A stretch of DNA of 64,000 nucleotides from the NCBI GenBank assembly GCA_964106915.2, contig OZ066914.1; one strand, 5' to 3'. This DNA is from Podarcis gaigeae (Eukaryota). Position numbers and translations under genes: made by a program. The notes under the pieces were generated by a model, which made no database searches, was not told the DNA's origin, and saw nothing but the letters and a program-made list of their open reading frames with translations. Every line of letters starts with the position of its first letter. Position 1 is the stretch's first letter. Shown here piece after piece: positions 36,857 to 48,800 of this stretch.

Positions 36857-39800
36857 TAGTTGCATGAGACAAGGAGGAGGAGCTTGCCCTCTGGAATGAG
36901 CCTAGAAATCAGGAAAACTAGGGGCATGACCGTAACCGTAAAATACGTAGGAACAGCAAATATTCTCTTGTTAGGTACGAAGGAGAGAACATTTTAAACA
37001 TTTCCTTAACACCACTGAGTGTGTGCAGTTAAAACAGATACACAATTGGACCGCAGGTGTTTAAGTGCTGTTGGCTTTCAAGTCAATTCCCCAGTTGCTG
37101 ATCTGTCTTGGGGAAGAATAGAAAGCATCCATCTGCATCAGAGCACGGCATGTGCTTGAGGTCATTATTTTGAAAATTGAAGGGAACTCTGTTCTAAACC
37201 ACCTGGGTGCTTTTGGAAATCCTCGTATCCCATTTGTAGAACATGGAAAACAATGTAGGTAAGTACTAACTGGTTGAATTCAAGGTAAGACATTATCATG
37301 CTTTTTACTGGAATGCTCCAGCCACTCCTAACCAAGCAGCTTTTTAGGCTTTTATTTTGCATTGGCCACAATATTAACCCCCACCTCCTATTATTATTCG
37401 GCCTTTGGAAATAATAAATTTAAGCCAGGCAAGTGGTAACCATGACACGCTTGACCTTGGCAGTGGTGGCTAGTGTCCTTTGGGACTGACAGGGCAGAAA
37501 GCCGAATAGTAGCCAGAGCCAATGACAAGCAGAGACAACTAATTCTAGCCTTGCCCCCATCTTCCTTGCTGAATTCTACAAGGGCAGCACAGAGACTAGT
37601 GAGGACTGGTCTGAAACTGCTTACACACTATACCTTTAAAGAACGTTCTTTCGCTCAAAGAATTCTGGGCACTGTAGTTTGTTAAGGGTGACTGGGAACT
37701 GTAACTCTGTGATGGGTAAACTAACCCATAATCCCACAATCTGATAAATATTCAGCATTTTAATCAAGTTATTTGTTTTAACTGGTTTTCAAATGTAGCA
37801 GTAATTAATATATATTGTTAATATTGTTAATATTATGTTAATATATATATATATAATGTTAATAATATTATGTTAACTGGTTTTCAAATGTAGCAGTAAT
37901 TAATATATATTGTTAATATTGTTAATATATTGTTAATATTAATATTGTTCCAGTAACAAGAAGCCGAAAGCACCAGCCTGAAGATGACGAGTGAGACCTC
38001 GTCGAAACGTCGCCTAGACACCCCAACTTTTACACGGGAAGACACCCGAGGACACCAAAACCTGCATTCCTGTACCCGTGAAAATCTACGAAAGCAAATA
38101 TATATATATATATATATATATATCCCACCTTTTCCCTCAGCAGAACTCAAGGTGGTTTAAAGATAAAAACAAGAATTGAAAACCAGCCTGCTTATCCAGG
38201 ACTATTGCTTGCATATCAATATGGACACCCAAGACCTACCCAATTACCTCTTTGAGGGGAAGCGGGGTTTCAAGAAGGAAGTTTCCTACAGGACCCATGA
38301 AGGGGCTTCTAACATGCCCCCTTCTAGGTATGCCTCCCAAATATTTCACCCACATAATTTAATAGATTCATCCGATGTAGAGATCAAGAGCTTGTTGTAC
38401 ACACTTCTGATAGATTTGAATTCATATCAACTTGGCACAGAGCACAAATCTATACATGAAGTAAGTTTGGTTTCAGTATAGTTCTACAAGACAGAACTCA
38501 TCGTACCCCATGTCAATTAATCACCCGTTTATGAAGTCTGAAGCAATGTATCTTAGGATGTAAACAGAGAGATTCCTGACAGCCACTGCAGAAAATTAAT
38601 TAGTTTCAGGAAAGCACAACAAGTTCCTACAGGAAGAGATACAACAGAGAAGCGAGGAGGGGGAAGATAGATGCAGAACCTTAAACTTACCCTCAACACA
38701 ACTTTCAGCTTAATAGAGCTGTCCACACCAGAGTGATCCAGTTGAAAGTTCTGTTCAAGTGTCATATCAGGATTTTTTAGTAAGTTGGCAAGCGATAACA
38801 CAAAGGTCCCCAGGGCATTCTCCCGGTCCTTATCTTTTATCTAGAGGGGGCGGAAGCAAACAAGACAGTATGGTGAGTTATGATTGGTATGATGAGTTAG
38901 TTCCAACAATGTTTTAATCCTTTTACCAGTTGTTGAAAACAAGGGAGAGGGTGCTCTTGTGCTTGAGTCCTGCTTGCCGGTTTCCCACAAGCATCTGATT
39001 GGTCTGAGAGGAGAGGAACCTGGACTAGGTGGGCCACTGACCCGATTCTGCAGCATTCTTCTTACGTTGTTAAAACATTTGTAGCACCATTGCTGTGGCT
39101 CAGCAGTGATTAACCATTGAACAAGAAGGCATTTAAAAAAAATAATCACTAGATCAGCGTTTCCCAAACTTAGTCTCCAGCTGTTTCTGGACTAGAACTC
39201 CCACCATCGCTAGCTAGCAGGACCAGTGGTCGAGGATGGTGGGAGTTGTAGCAGCTGGGGACCCAAGGTTTGGGAAACGCTGATCTAGACTCATCATAAA
39301 CTTTTTACTAAACTCTCCCCCCCCCCCCATTAACTGGGATGTTTAGGGTCTTTGTAGGAAATGTTCACATTTTTCTCCTCTCCTCCATTCCCCGCCAGAA
39401 GTTTATTGGATGAGGGAGGGCAGCATCTGATACCAAAGAATAGGCTATATTGGGGGAAGGGAGAAATGTGCTGATATCGAGGCAGCTGGAGAGTCAAAAT
39501 TTACCCCAAAGGGCCACTTGAAGCCTCCTGTGGCTGTTTAGTGAGTGAGGGTTGTGTGCGTTTGTTACATGTATGAACTGTAGGTGTTTGCATGAAATAT
39601 TAATGTTTTTACATGGTCTTTAATTGTAGAATGTATTTAGGTATAATGTATTAAGGTAACAAGCAACAAGTCATAATAATAATACACGAGCATCATATCA
39701 TTAAATCTGAAGTCCCCAAAGGAAGGCTGAATAATATCTTTACTGCATCTACAAAAAACATAAATATGGTCCCTCCTTCCCACAAAGCCCAGTAGTCCCT

Positions 39801-42800
39801 TTCTCAGTAAAAATAATGACCCACTTCTTTGAAGTCCCTTTGCAAAGCAGCAACAGGAGCTTATATACACAAGAGCACGTGTATACAGAGCAGAAACCCG
39901 TGCCAATTATTATTATTCGGTCAAAGACCCATTAAGCATGAGCTCATGTCGTGCCACATGCTCATAAAGCAAGAGAAGGCCAACTGACCTCCAGATGAAG
40001 AGACTGTGATGGAGCGCTGTGGACGAAGAATGTGAAGGCCTGGCCCCATGCAGGATCCTTAGTGAAATTACAGGTCTGAAGGGTAAGAGAGAAAGAACGG
40101 CATCCACACATTAGCTACAGAACACTTGACCAACAATTATTCCCAACCTAGCTGAGAGAAGGCCCCATTCAATGGGACATACTCCCAAGTAGCCGCGCAT
40201 AGTTTTACTCTGCTAGAAACTGAAGAGCAGGAGGTTTTACAGGACAGGACAGTATACCAATTCAGAAGACAGTTCCACTGACTTCAACGGAACATGTTTT
40301 GAAGGATGTATCGGTTTCCCTGTTGAAATATACTCAGAGTCGCAAAGTGATTTCATGCTCTTTATTCAGCTATTCAGCTCATAGTGGTGAGGAGGAATGA
40401 ATGAATATCCCCTCAAAGTATCTGCTTTATATACATTATTTACACAATGGGCTGCACATGATTGGCTAATTATGGAATTCTACTGTAAGCCAATCAGGTT
40501 GTGGATTCACTTATATCTGGAGCATGATTGGGTGGTTCCTGCCAACCAATCATACTGCTGCATTGTTCTAGGACCAATCAGACTGCTGCATTCTGAATCC
40601 TATTGTTCTAGGACCAATCAGACTGCTGCATTTTGGATCCTATTCAACTCAGTACATAACACCTGTCTTAAGCACTACCTTCTTACCCAAAAGGGACATA
40701 ACCTAACCCTTAAAAAGCCTCTTACCCAGTTCACTTTCTTTAAGTCAGACAAATAAACACACAGAACCAGTTAGGTGCCCTGTAGACTCCCCCCCCCCCC
40801 GACTCCCCACATGATCTGATGAATGTTAATGCTGAAATAGGCCAGCTGAGTTATAATTGATTGTAACCGAAACTCCATAGAAGTAGCCACAGTTTGCACC
40901 TGTATGGAAAGGGAGTTCTTTGCTGCTTGTTGCAGCAGGTTTTGAAAACCACACCATAAATAGGCTAGCAGCCGATCCAGTTGGCCTAGATCAATTAAAG
41001 CTGGAGCTCAACGTGGAACAAGAGAAAGTATTCCCCTCCACCGCCTGCTTAGGGCGCAATAACTGACCACAGTAGAAGCAGTTACGAAGAAGAGCTCAAG
41101 GCTTGAAGGAACAGCCCAGACTCCTCCCTCTCCAACAGATTCATTGCCGGTGGCTTCAGTTAGCTAGTTGAAGTGGCAAGCCAAAGTACCTGTGTGCTAA
41201 CAGGCTTACTCATGAGTAAAGAGGAAGATTGCTGCAGTCATGTCAAGCTGCAAGCTTACCGTAGGCAATTATTCTTAATGCAATGCCTGCGCTGACATAG
41301 CAGGAACACTGTGGGAAAACCAAGTGCCTCGCTATGGATGTATTCATTTGCACTCAGTTGCATCACTGGCTCTCAGGACATAGCCCAAGAAAAACAGCTG
41401 GAGCAGACGTACACTTAAAAAATGAATTTTTGGAAGGGGTGTAGCATCCATTTTGTAATCAGAGTGCCCAACTATATTAATACGACACAATGCATTATGT
41501 TCAAGACTTTTCCACACTATCAGTTTTTAATGCAACAAAAACAGACAAACTGCCCCTCATTTGTTACAGTCCAGTTGCCTTCACCCTACTCAAGGGGGAT
41601 CTCAAACTTTCCCCAGACTCTGTGTGCTCTATTTTGTTCCTGAGAAAGCAAAACCTTGCCCAAAGGTAGCAACTCAATGGCGACAGTTATAGAATATAAC
41701 AACACAAACACCATAGGTTTGGCTATTTTGACCAACACTGTTATTGTTTAAACTCTGCTATGGGATTCTCAGAGCCACCTGGTTAGCCTTTTGGTCCGAT
41801 CATCTAAAAAGATTCCCGTAAAAAGTTACTGGTGGATGCAAAAGTAGCCCAGTGTGCTAATTTTAGTTCCAAAATATGACTCTTGTCATTTCAAGAATCT
41901 TAGCTATTTATTTTTTAGTCAGAATGTCTCTTTGTTAAAAAAAACAACAACCTCCATGTTGGCTGTATGTTCTTAAAGGAGGGCCCACCCTACCACATAC
42001 AAAATAAATATTTACAACACAGCTGTGTAACTATTCCCACCAGCCCAAGCAATGCAGTCACTTTCACCCAATAAGTGGGGACAGGACATCACACCACAGA
42101 TATTTCATTGGGGCAGCACCTACAAAACACCGAAGTGTTGCTTTTTAATTATCCGAGAAGGTACACACATATCCAAGATGTGACATTGCTACTGGAAAAC
42201 CACATATTGCCCCATGAAGACAACTGTCCATTCAAGTTTTTAAAAACAAAATACAGTAATTCTGACACCCCCTTACCTTGCTTCTATGAGTTTTGTTGCC
42301 TACTGTGAGTAGGACAAAGGAAGAAGGTTCGCGTTCCATCTTCTTTATTAATTAAATTTTTGAAAGAAAAGACAGTGTCAATAGCATCATGAATTCCAAA
42401 AGACAAGGAGGTGTATTGAACAGGGAGGCTGATGTTAGGTATTAAAAACTGGGAGTTCTGCAAGATCTGGGAAGGGACAGGGCCCCTATTCTGAGCAGAA
42501 CTTTAATAATTAAAACAGTAATAATTATTAATAATAATTTATTATTTATACCCCGCCCATCTGGCTGGGTTTCCCCAGTACATTCTCCACAAAATGCAAT
42601 GCAATACAGTGTTACACCCTGCATTTATTTCACTGAGTGTAGTTAAGCCATACATGTTTGGAGCTAGAATTTGGGCATTAAATGGTAAAGATAACCTCAC
42701 AGGGGTCAGCAGCAATTGCTGCTGCTGCTCTTGCAATACAAGACTGTCGAGTTCATCCATTATAGCTGAAGCACAAAACAGCCACACGGCAAGTATAAAT

Positions 42801-45800
42801 CAGAAGGCTACAACCAAGCTGCCAAATATGTCAAACACAATTAAAGTTTGCATTACAATGACAGATGCAGCACCATTTATGACTAGATAATTATGGTCTT
42901 GCTAGAGGTGGTCCAGTAGCTGGGAAAACTAATAATAGGAATAACCAATAACTATTGGATCAGGGCTGGTCCAAAAATAATAATGGCTAGCTTTCTGAAA
43001 TATAAACTTGCTTTTGTAGCACCACAAGGGCTAGAAACATGCTTTTGAATGCATGGAAGCAGAGACCACCCATGTTTTTTACTGGGCTCCATTGATCATA
43101 GGTAAGTGCTATGAATGTCTTGTGCCTTGCGTAATCTTGACTTAAGCATTTCTCCTACATGCTGCTCACCAGTTTAGCCTCACCTGCACCATCAACTACA
43201 GTGTCTCTGTTCTTCCTTGTGGTATGGGACACTGACATACCATTGAGAAACAAACATTAACCCCGTAGATGCAACATATTTTAGGGTTTTAGCCATGGCA
43301 TCCATTCAGTAGGCTGGTGCAGCGCGTGTGCCCCTGTTGAGACACAGGGGACTCTGAAGCATTTACCTTGATGTATCTGTCTTTTCTATATTTCTTTGCT
43401 CCAAAGTCACCATTGTAAAATTCAAACTGATTTTTCTGTATTAGGGAAGATATTTAGGAAGGAATACAAAAACAAAAGTTAGGTGTCATACAGGAGCAGT
43501 TGATTGCTTGCCCCAGGTAGGCTCACCAAGAGTCAACCTTGTTGTCATTTCAGCACCAAGGATATTTTCCTTCTCAGGCCTTCCATCAAAGCTGGTTTGT
43601 TTTTATCCTGGCTGTTAGGTTTTATGCTGCTCTTATTATTCTGCTGTGTTTTAAAGAATATACATGTTTGTTTTTATTATGTTTTCTGATTTTGGAAGAC
43701 ACCCTTGAAATCTGATTGACAGGCAGGGTATAGATCCTCGTAACAAACAGAAGTAGTGTAGGATTAGGCTATGGAAACATAAGAAGAAAAGAACAGGATA
43801 TTGCTGCCAGCAAAGGGAATCCCAGAAAATAGCAAATCACCTAGCAGGAAAAGAAGTCCTTGCTTCCTTCTCAAAAACAAAGGCTGTTTTTGCTTTGTTT
43901 TCAGTTCGAAGGCTAACATGGGTCAGAAGCTAATTTTACTGAAAGTAGATTAGCAGCATACATAATTGTGAACAAGGGCTTAATCTCAAATCTAGCAACA
44001 GACAAGGAATTCAATTCAGTTTGCATTTAAAGGTGAAACTTTCAAATTTGCATTTTCTGAAACAACGTGAGGACTGAAATGCAGCTAGCCTTCGAAAGTT
44101 GCCCTCCTTGGAATTTTGAGGTGCAGTTTTCCTACCAAATGATGTTTGCCAACATAACACATCGGGTAAAGAGGTCCATAAAATGAATATATTAGTGAAA
44201 ATGCATAAGGCATGGTATTAGGGGAAATCTGCATAAGAATTTTCATGATTATTTTTTTTAATCACAAACATCTGCAGAAGTGTGGAGAACTGAATTTAAG
44301 ACTGTAAAAAGGTGAAACTGAAAGAACTGATGCTGACAGATCGTTCCATTCTAGGGAGGGAAGACTTTTCAGCCAGTTAAATTCTGAACTTTTCTTCCCT
44401 CACTCCATCCCCTAAACAGGTGAACCCCTCCCTCATGGAGCCTTCACAGAATGCTTGGTCTTATTCATTTTGTTGTTTGAAATCTCAACTTCCGCTTTTA
44501 TTTTTAAAAACCCATCAGTTCACTTTTGGAAGTCACAGATTTGTATACTCGTCATTCACCTCCTTTCTGAAATAGAAGTTTTCAGAACTTGGAAGGCATT
44601 AGCAAAGTTGTGGATACTAGTTTCCAGATAACACAATTATTATCTCAGCCAAACTGGGATGCTTAGCACCAAAGCAGCAGCATTCGGTGCACACCAGAAA
44701 TGGGGAACTGTGGCTGCCCAGGTGTTGTTGAACAGCAACTCCAACCATCCCTGGGCCAAATGACAATTGGTATCCAACCACATCTAGAGGCCCACAGGTC
44801 CTCCATCTCTGCAAATGGATTATGAGCATGCAGACACTAACGATTGTGTGCAGCTGGACAGTTTGAAAGTGTTGTTCCATCAGTTTACTCACAGGAAGAT
44901 TGAAAGCCCTGTCCAAATACACAATGAGAATTGCTGTGGCAAAACCATTCTTGTCCTGTGGGAAGGAAATGAAATCCAAAATAAGACAAGAGCTTTTTTG
45001 ATATCCTCACATGCAAAGCTGGACTTGCGGACAGAGTTACTGTTACTGTTACTGTTACTGTTACTATTCATCTGCCATGTGGCTGGGCAGGGGAATAATC
45101 TGGATGCAAATACTAACATGAGTTGACCACAAGCTGCAGCCTTGCCCTAAACAGACAATGAGCCACTTCCAAAATGTCCATGCCATTGATTGACTGTCCA
45201 GTCAATGCACAGGGCTTCCTTAGCCCTTAGCTAAGGAAGGGCTTTAAATGCAGCCACCACAAGAAATGGTTGAATTATGTAGCTAGCAAAGTACACACAG
45301 GCAAAGAATGGAACTTAGATCCTTTCAATCAACTTGCGGCAAGTATCTCACTTCGGCCGACTCCGATCTCTCAAACACTCACCTCGCAAAGTTTCTCTTG
45401 ATTGGTGACCAGAGAAAACCACTCAACCTTTAAATGCACATGTCCACTTGCAATCTTGCTTAAGGGGAACCACTTCGTAAAGAAAGAAAAAGCACATCAG
45501 TGTCATAAATGCATATTAACCTGCAAGTGTGTCATGAATTGTGCACCAGGGGGAACTGAAGTGGCAGAACCAGCCATTTATCTTTAGTGCTTTATGGGGC
45601 TGAGTCTATCCGAGGTACACTTTAAAACCTTGATGTGCTTAAACTGCATTTTTATTGCTGGAATGGTGAGGTCCATAATAGACTCTGCTCCAATAAAGAG
45701 ACCCAGCTTGAAAATACATGGGGTATTTAGTTCTCCCGATTAATTGACAAGCACCTGCAGCTTTAAACTTTTCTGTCATGGTCCTTTGGTACTGCAGTAT

Positions 45801-48800
45801 AACAACCTTTCTGTCCGTGTGTTCCTTGCCTGCCTTTTACACATCAGCAAATTGCTCTCGGGTCTAAAGAGCCTCAAGATTATAAGTCTTCAAATGACTT
45901 ATTGTTCATCCTACAGCTAGCAGTATAGGGGATATGATTTCAGTATTTTTACCCCAGTTTAAAGTTGTATTCAAAGCAGTTCCCACCCACAACTTGCATA
46001 TGTGTGTGCATACACACACAGAGAGAATTATAGGCATCTAATAAAATAGGCTTTTGCCTAAGAAAGTTTTTGTCAGACCCTATTTGTTGATCTACTCTTT
46101 GTAGCTTTTGTAATCTTCCATCAGCTGTTTTGTTCAAACACTTAATATATTCGATGATAGTCGTGAGAACTCAAGGTGATTTAAATCATCCCTATGGATC
46201 ATTAAAATTTCGTAAAACTTCAAAGCCTATCGCAAAATCTGCACGCTTTCAAAAAACATTATAAAATGAAGAGTTAATGTGAGAACACATTTTACCTCAT
46301 CAACAACTCTGTCTTTCATCACATCTGCAAGGTTTATAAGCAAGCTGTAAAAAGACAGAACAAGAATAAGATGTTTAGGGACTGTAGTATCTTTCCTTGC
46401 TTCTATGAGTTATAAACAGAACATGTATTGATGTTCCTGGTGTTCACATCTCCTCACCTGCATCAATTATGAATGGGTTGTGCTTTTTGATCAACAGAAC
46501 CCTCTGTTCTAAAGTAATACAGACGCACACAGAACAGAGGTGCAGAAAAACTATCCCTTTAGTATCATGGAATATTTTGCCTCCTCCCCACCATCTCCAG
46601 CTGTGTGGCTACTTTGCCTTAGAAGTGCCCAGTGGCTCTTACAGAGTCTAATAATCTATTGTTCACCAGAAAGCTGTGCATCCCTTAAAATGAAGTCAGA
46701 AACAGCAAGGTTTGAGGGAGCTCCTTAAATCAAACAAGAACTGAGATAGTTGCTCCATTAGAATTAAAACTGGCTCAGACAATGAAGAGTTCCTTGTCTC
46801 AGGTAGGGATGGAGGAGGAATTTGTTTGGACTGCTTTATGAAGCATCTTGGCACTCCTGATCTCGCTTGTGGATTCAAACACAACACCTGGCAAAAATCA
46901 TGCACTTCTCTGAATTTTGCAATGTAGTTTTGCCTGTACTCCAAAAAGTACACACAAATATACATATTTTATGGTTTTTACTGGGCATTGAAAAGTATGT
47001 ATTTTGCGGGTACCAGGCTGCAGCATTCTACACAAGCAGCAATTTCTGAAACAACCTCAAGGGTAGCCCCATGTAGAGGGCTTTGCAATTGTTCAGTGTA
47101 GTTTGCCAAGCTACTCCTGTCTAGGAATGAAATATTACTTTTAAACTTACCAATGTGTTTAAAAAGGAAAAGGTATAACTGTACTGAGACTATCCCACTG
47201 CAGAATGCAGATAGAGCAAATGTATGTCAGAATGCTTTCCCTTACACTTTTATATACGTATATATAAAAAACAAACTAGCATGTCAGGGGGAGGAATTTA
47301 ACTATTCTCTACCCTCTAGCTGTTGGTGGCAGAATGCTTTTGAAGCAGGAAAGTATTGCAATCTGCATTTTCCCCACCTGAATTCAGAAATGGTATAGCC
47401 CATGGAGGGTTGTACCATGGCACTTTTTTTTAATACTAATCGCACTGGCTCTTTTGCTGCAAGAGCGGCAGAAAGAGATAAAGCAGAACGAAAGAGGAAA
47501 ATTTATATCCATCACCTGCCCAGAAAGTCATCTTTATCGGGATCTTCATCATACAGGTCTACTTCTAGATCCTGACCAGGTATCTCATGAACAACAAACT
47601 GTAGGGGGAGAGAGAGTGTGTGTTAAAGTAACAGAATATTGTACAGCTATTTTTCTCGAAATGCAGTTGCACAAATGCAAGCTTTCCTATTATTCTTAAA
47701 CTTGCAGAAAGTGAACTTTCCTGTTTGCCAAGCAGAATCCTGCAGAATTGGGGAAGTTGCCGAAATGCCTCCGTGCCCTTTCATGATGCTCAATTAAAAT
47801 CATGATGATTTCCCATCTTGTAACTCAGGAATGGGGAGCCATTTTTAGCCTGAAGGTCACCTTCTCTTTTGGACAAACTTCTTAGGGCAATATGCCATAG
47901 GCAAAAATGGCAGAGTGGTGAGTGTAAATTATCTTTGTAGGATAGGCAACTTTCTGCACCCACTCACTCACCTACCCAACCCTTTATAGTCTCCATTCAA
48001 GCAAACATTAGCAGAGTTCACACACCCATTCCAGCCAAGCACAAAAGTGGATGCAATGGGGGGCTGGGGGGCTAAGGGGCTGGGGCCTTTGGAGAGTCTC
48101 ATGGGCCAGGTAGAGAGACTTGGAGGGCCACACCTGGTGCCTAGACCCCTGATGAAGCTTAACGAGGGCTTTGCTCATTAAAGCCTTGTTACACCATTCA
48201 AGCAAACAAATGGTGGTTAAGGAGCCAGTAGTGAAATATTTCACAGGGAACTTTCCCCATCTACTCCAGCTCAATTTTACTTACTCATATAAGTAGTGAT
48301 CTGCCTTCTTCCAAAGGTAAGCCTTTTTTATTTTATTTAAGTACCTTAACTTAGTTGTGTCTAGAATTCTGAACAAGGAGAGATCACTGCATTCCAGCTT
48401 ATTGATAGTAAGAGTTCAAGGAGAATCATCACCTCAAACATTTCATTCCAGATGGGGTTCAGGTTCCTGTGCACTGTCTTGCTTCGGAATTGCACCTGAC
48501 CAACCCTCAGAAGAGCATAAGGGTCCGACTTCCCGAGGAAATTGTCCATTTGGACAAGATTTTCAGCTTCTTGTAGGTATACTCTTATTACTCCCTTGGA
48601 GAGCAAAACAAAAACACAGAGAAACATTAAAAAATATATACTTAGAATCCTCCCTAGATGCCAACATTGTAAAAAGCTACGATTAAGAAAATCCTATAAA
48701 CACAGCAGTAAGAAACATGCCTGCTGTCTATCACTACGGAAGCTGGTTAATGAAATTTGACAAGGTTTAGCTTTTTACTAAAATAATCCACCAGAGTTTT

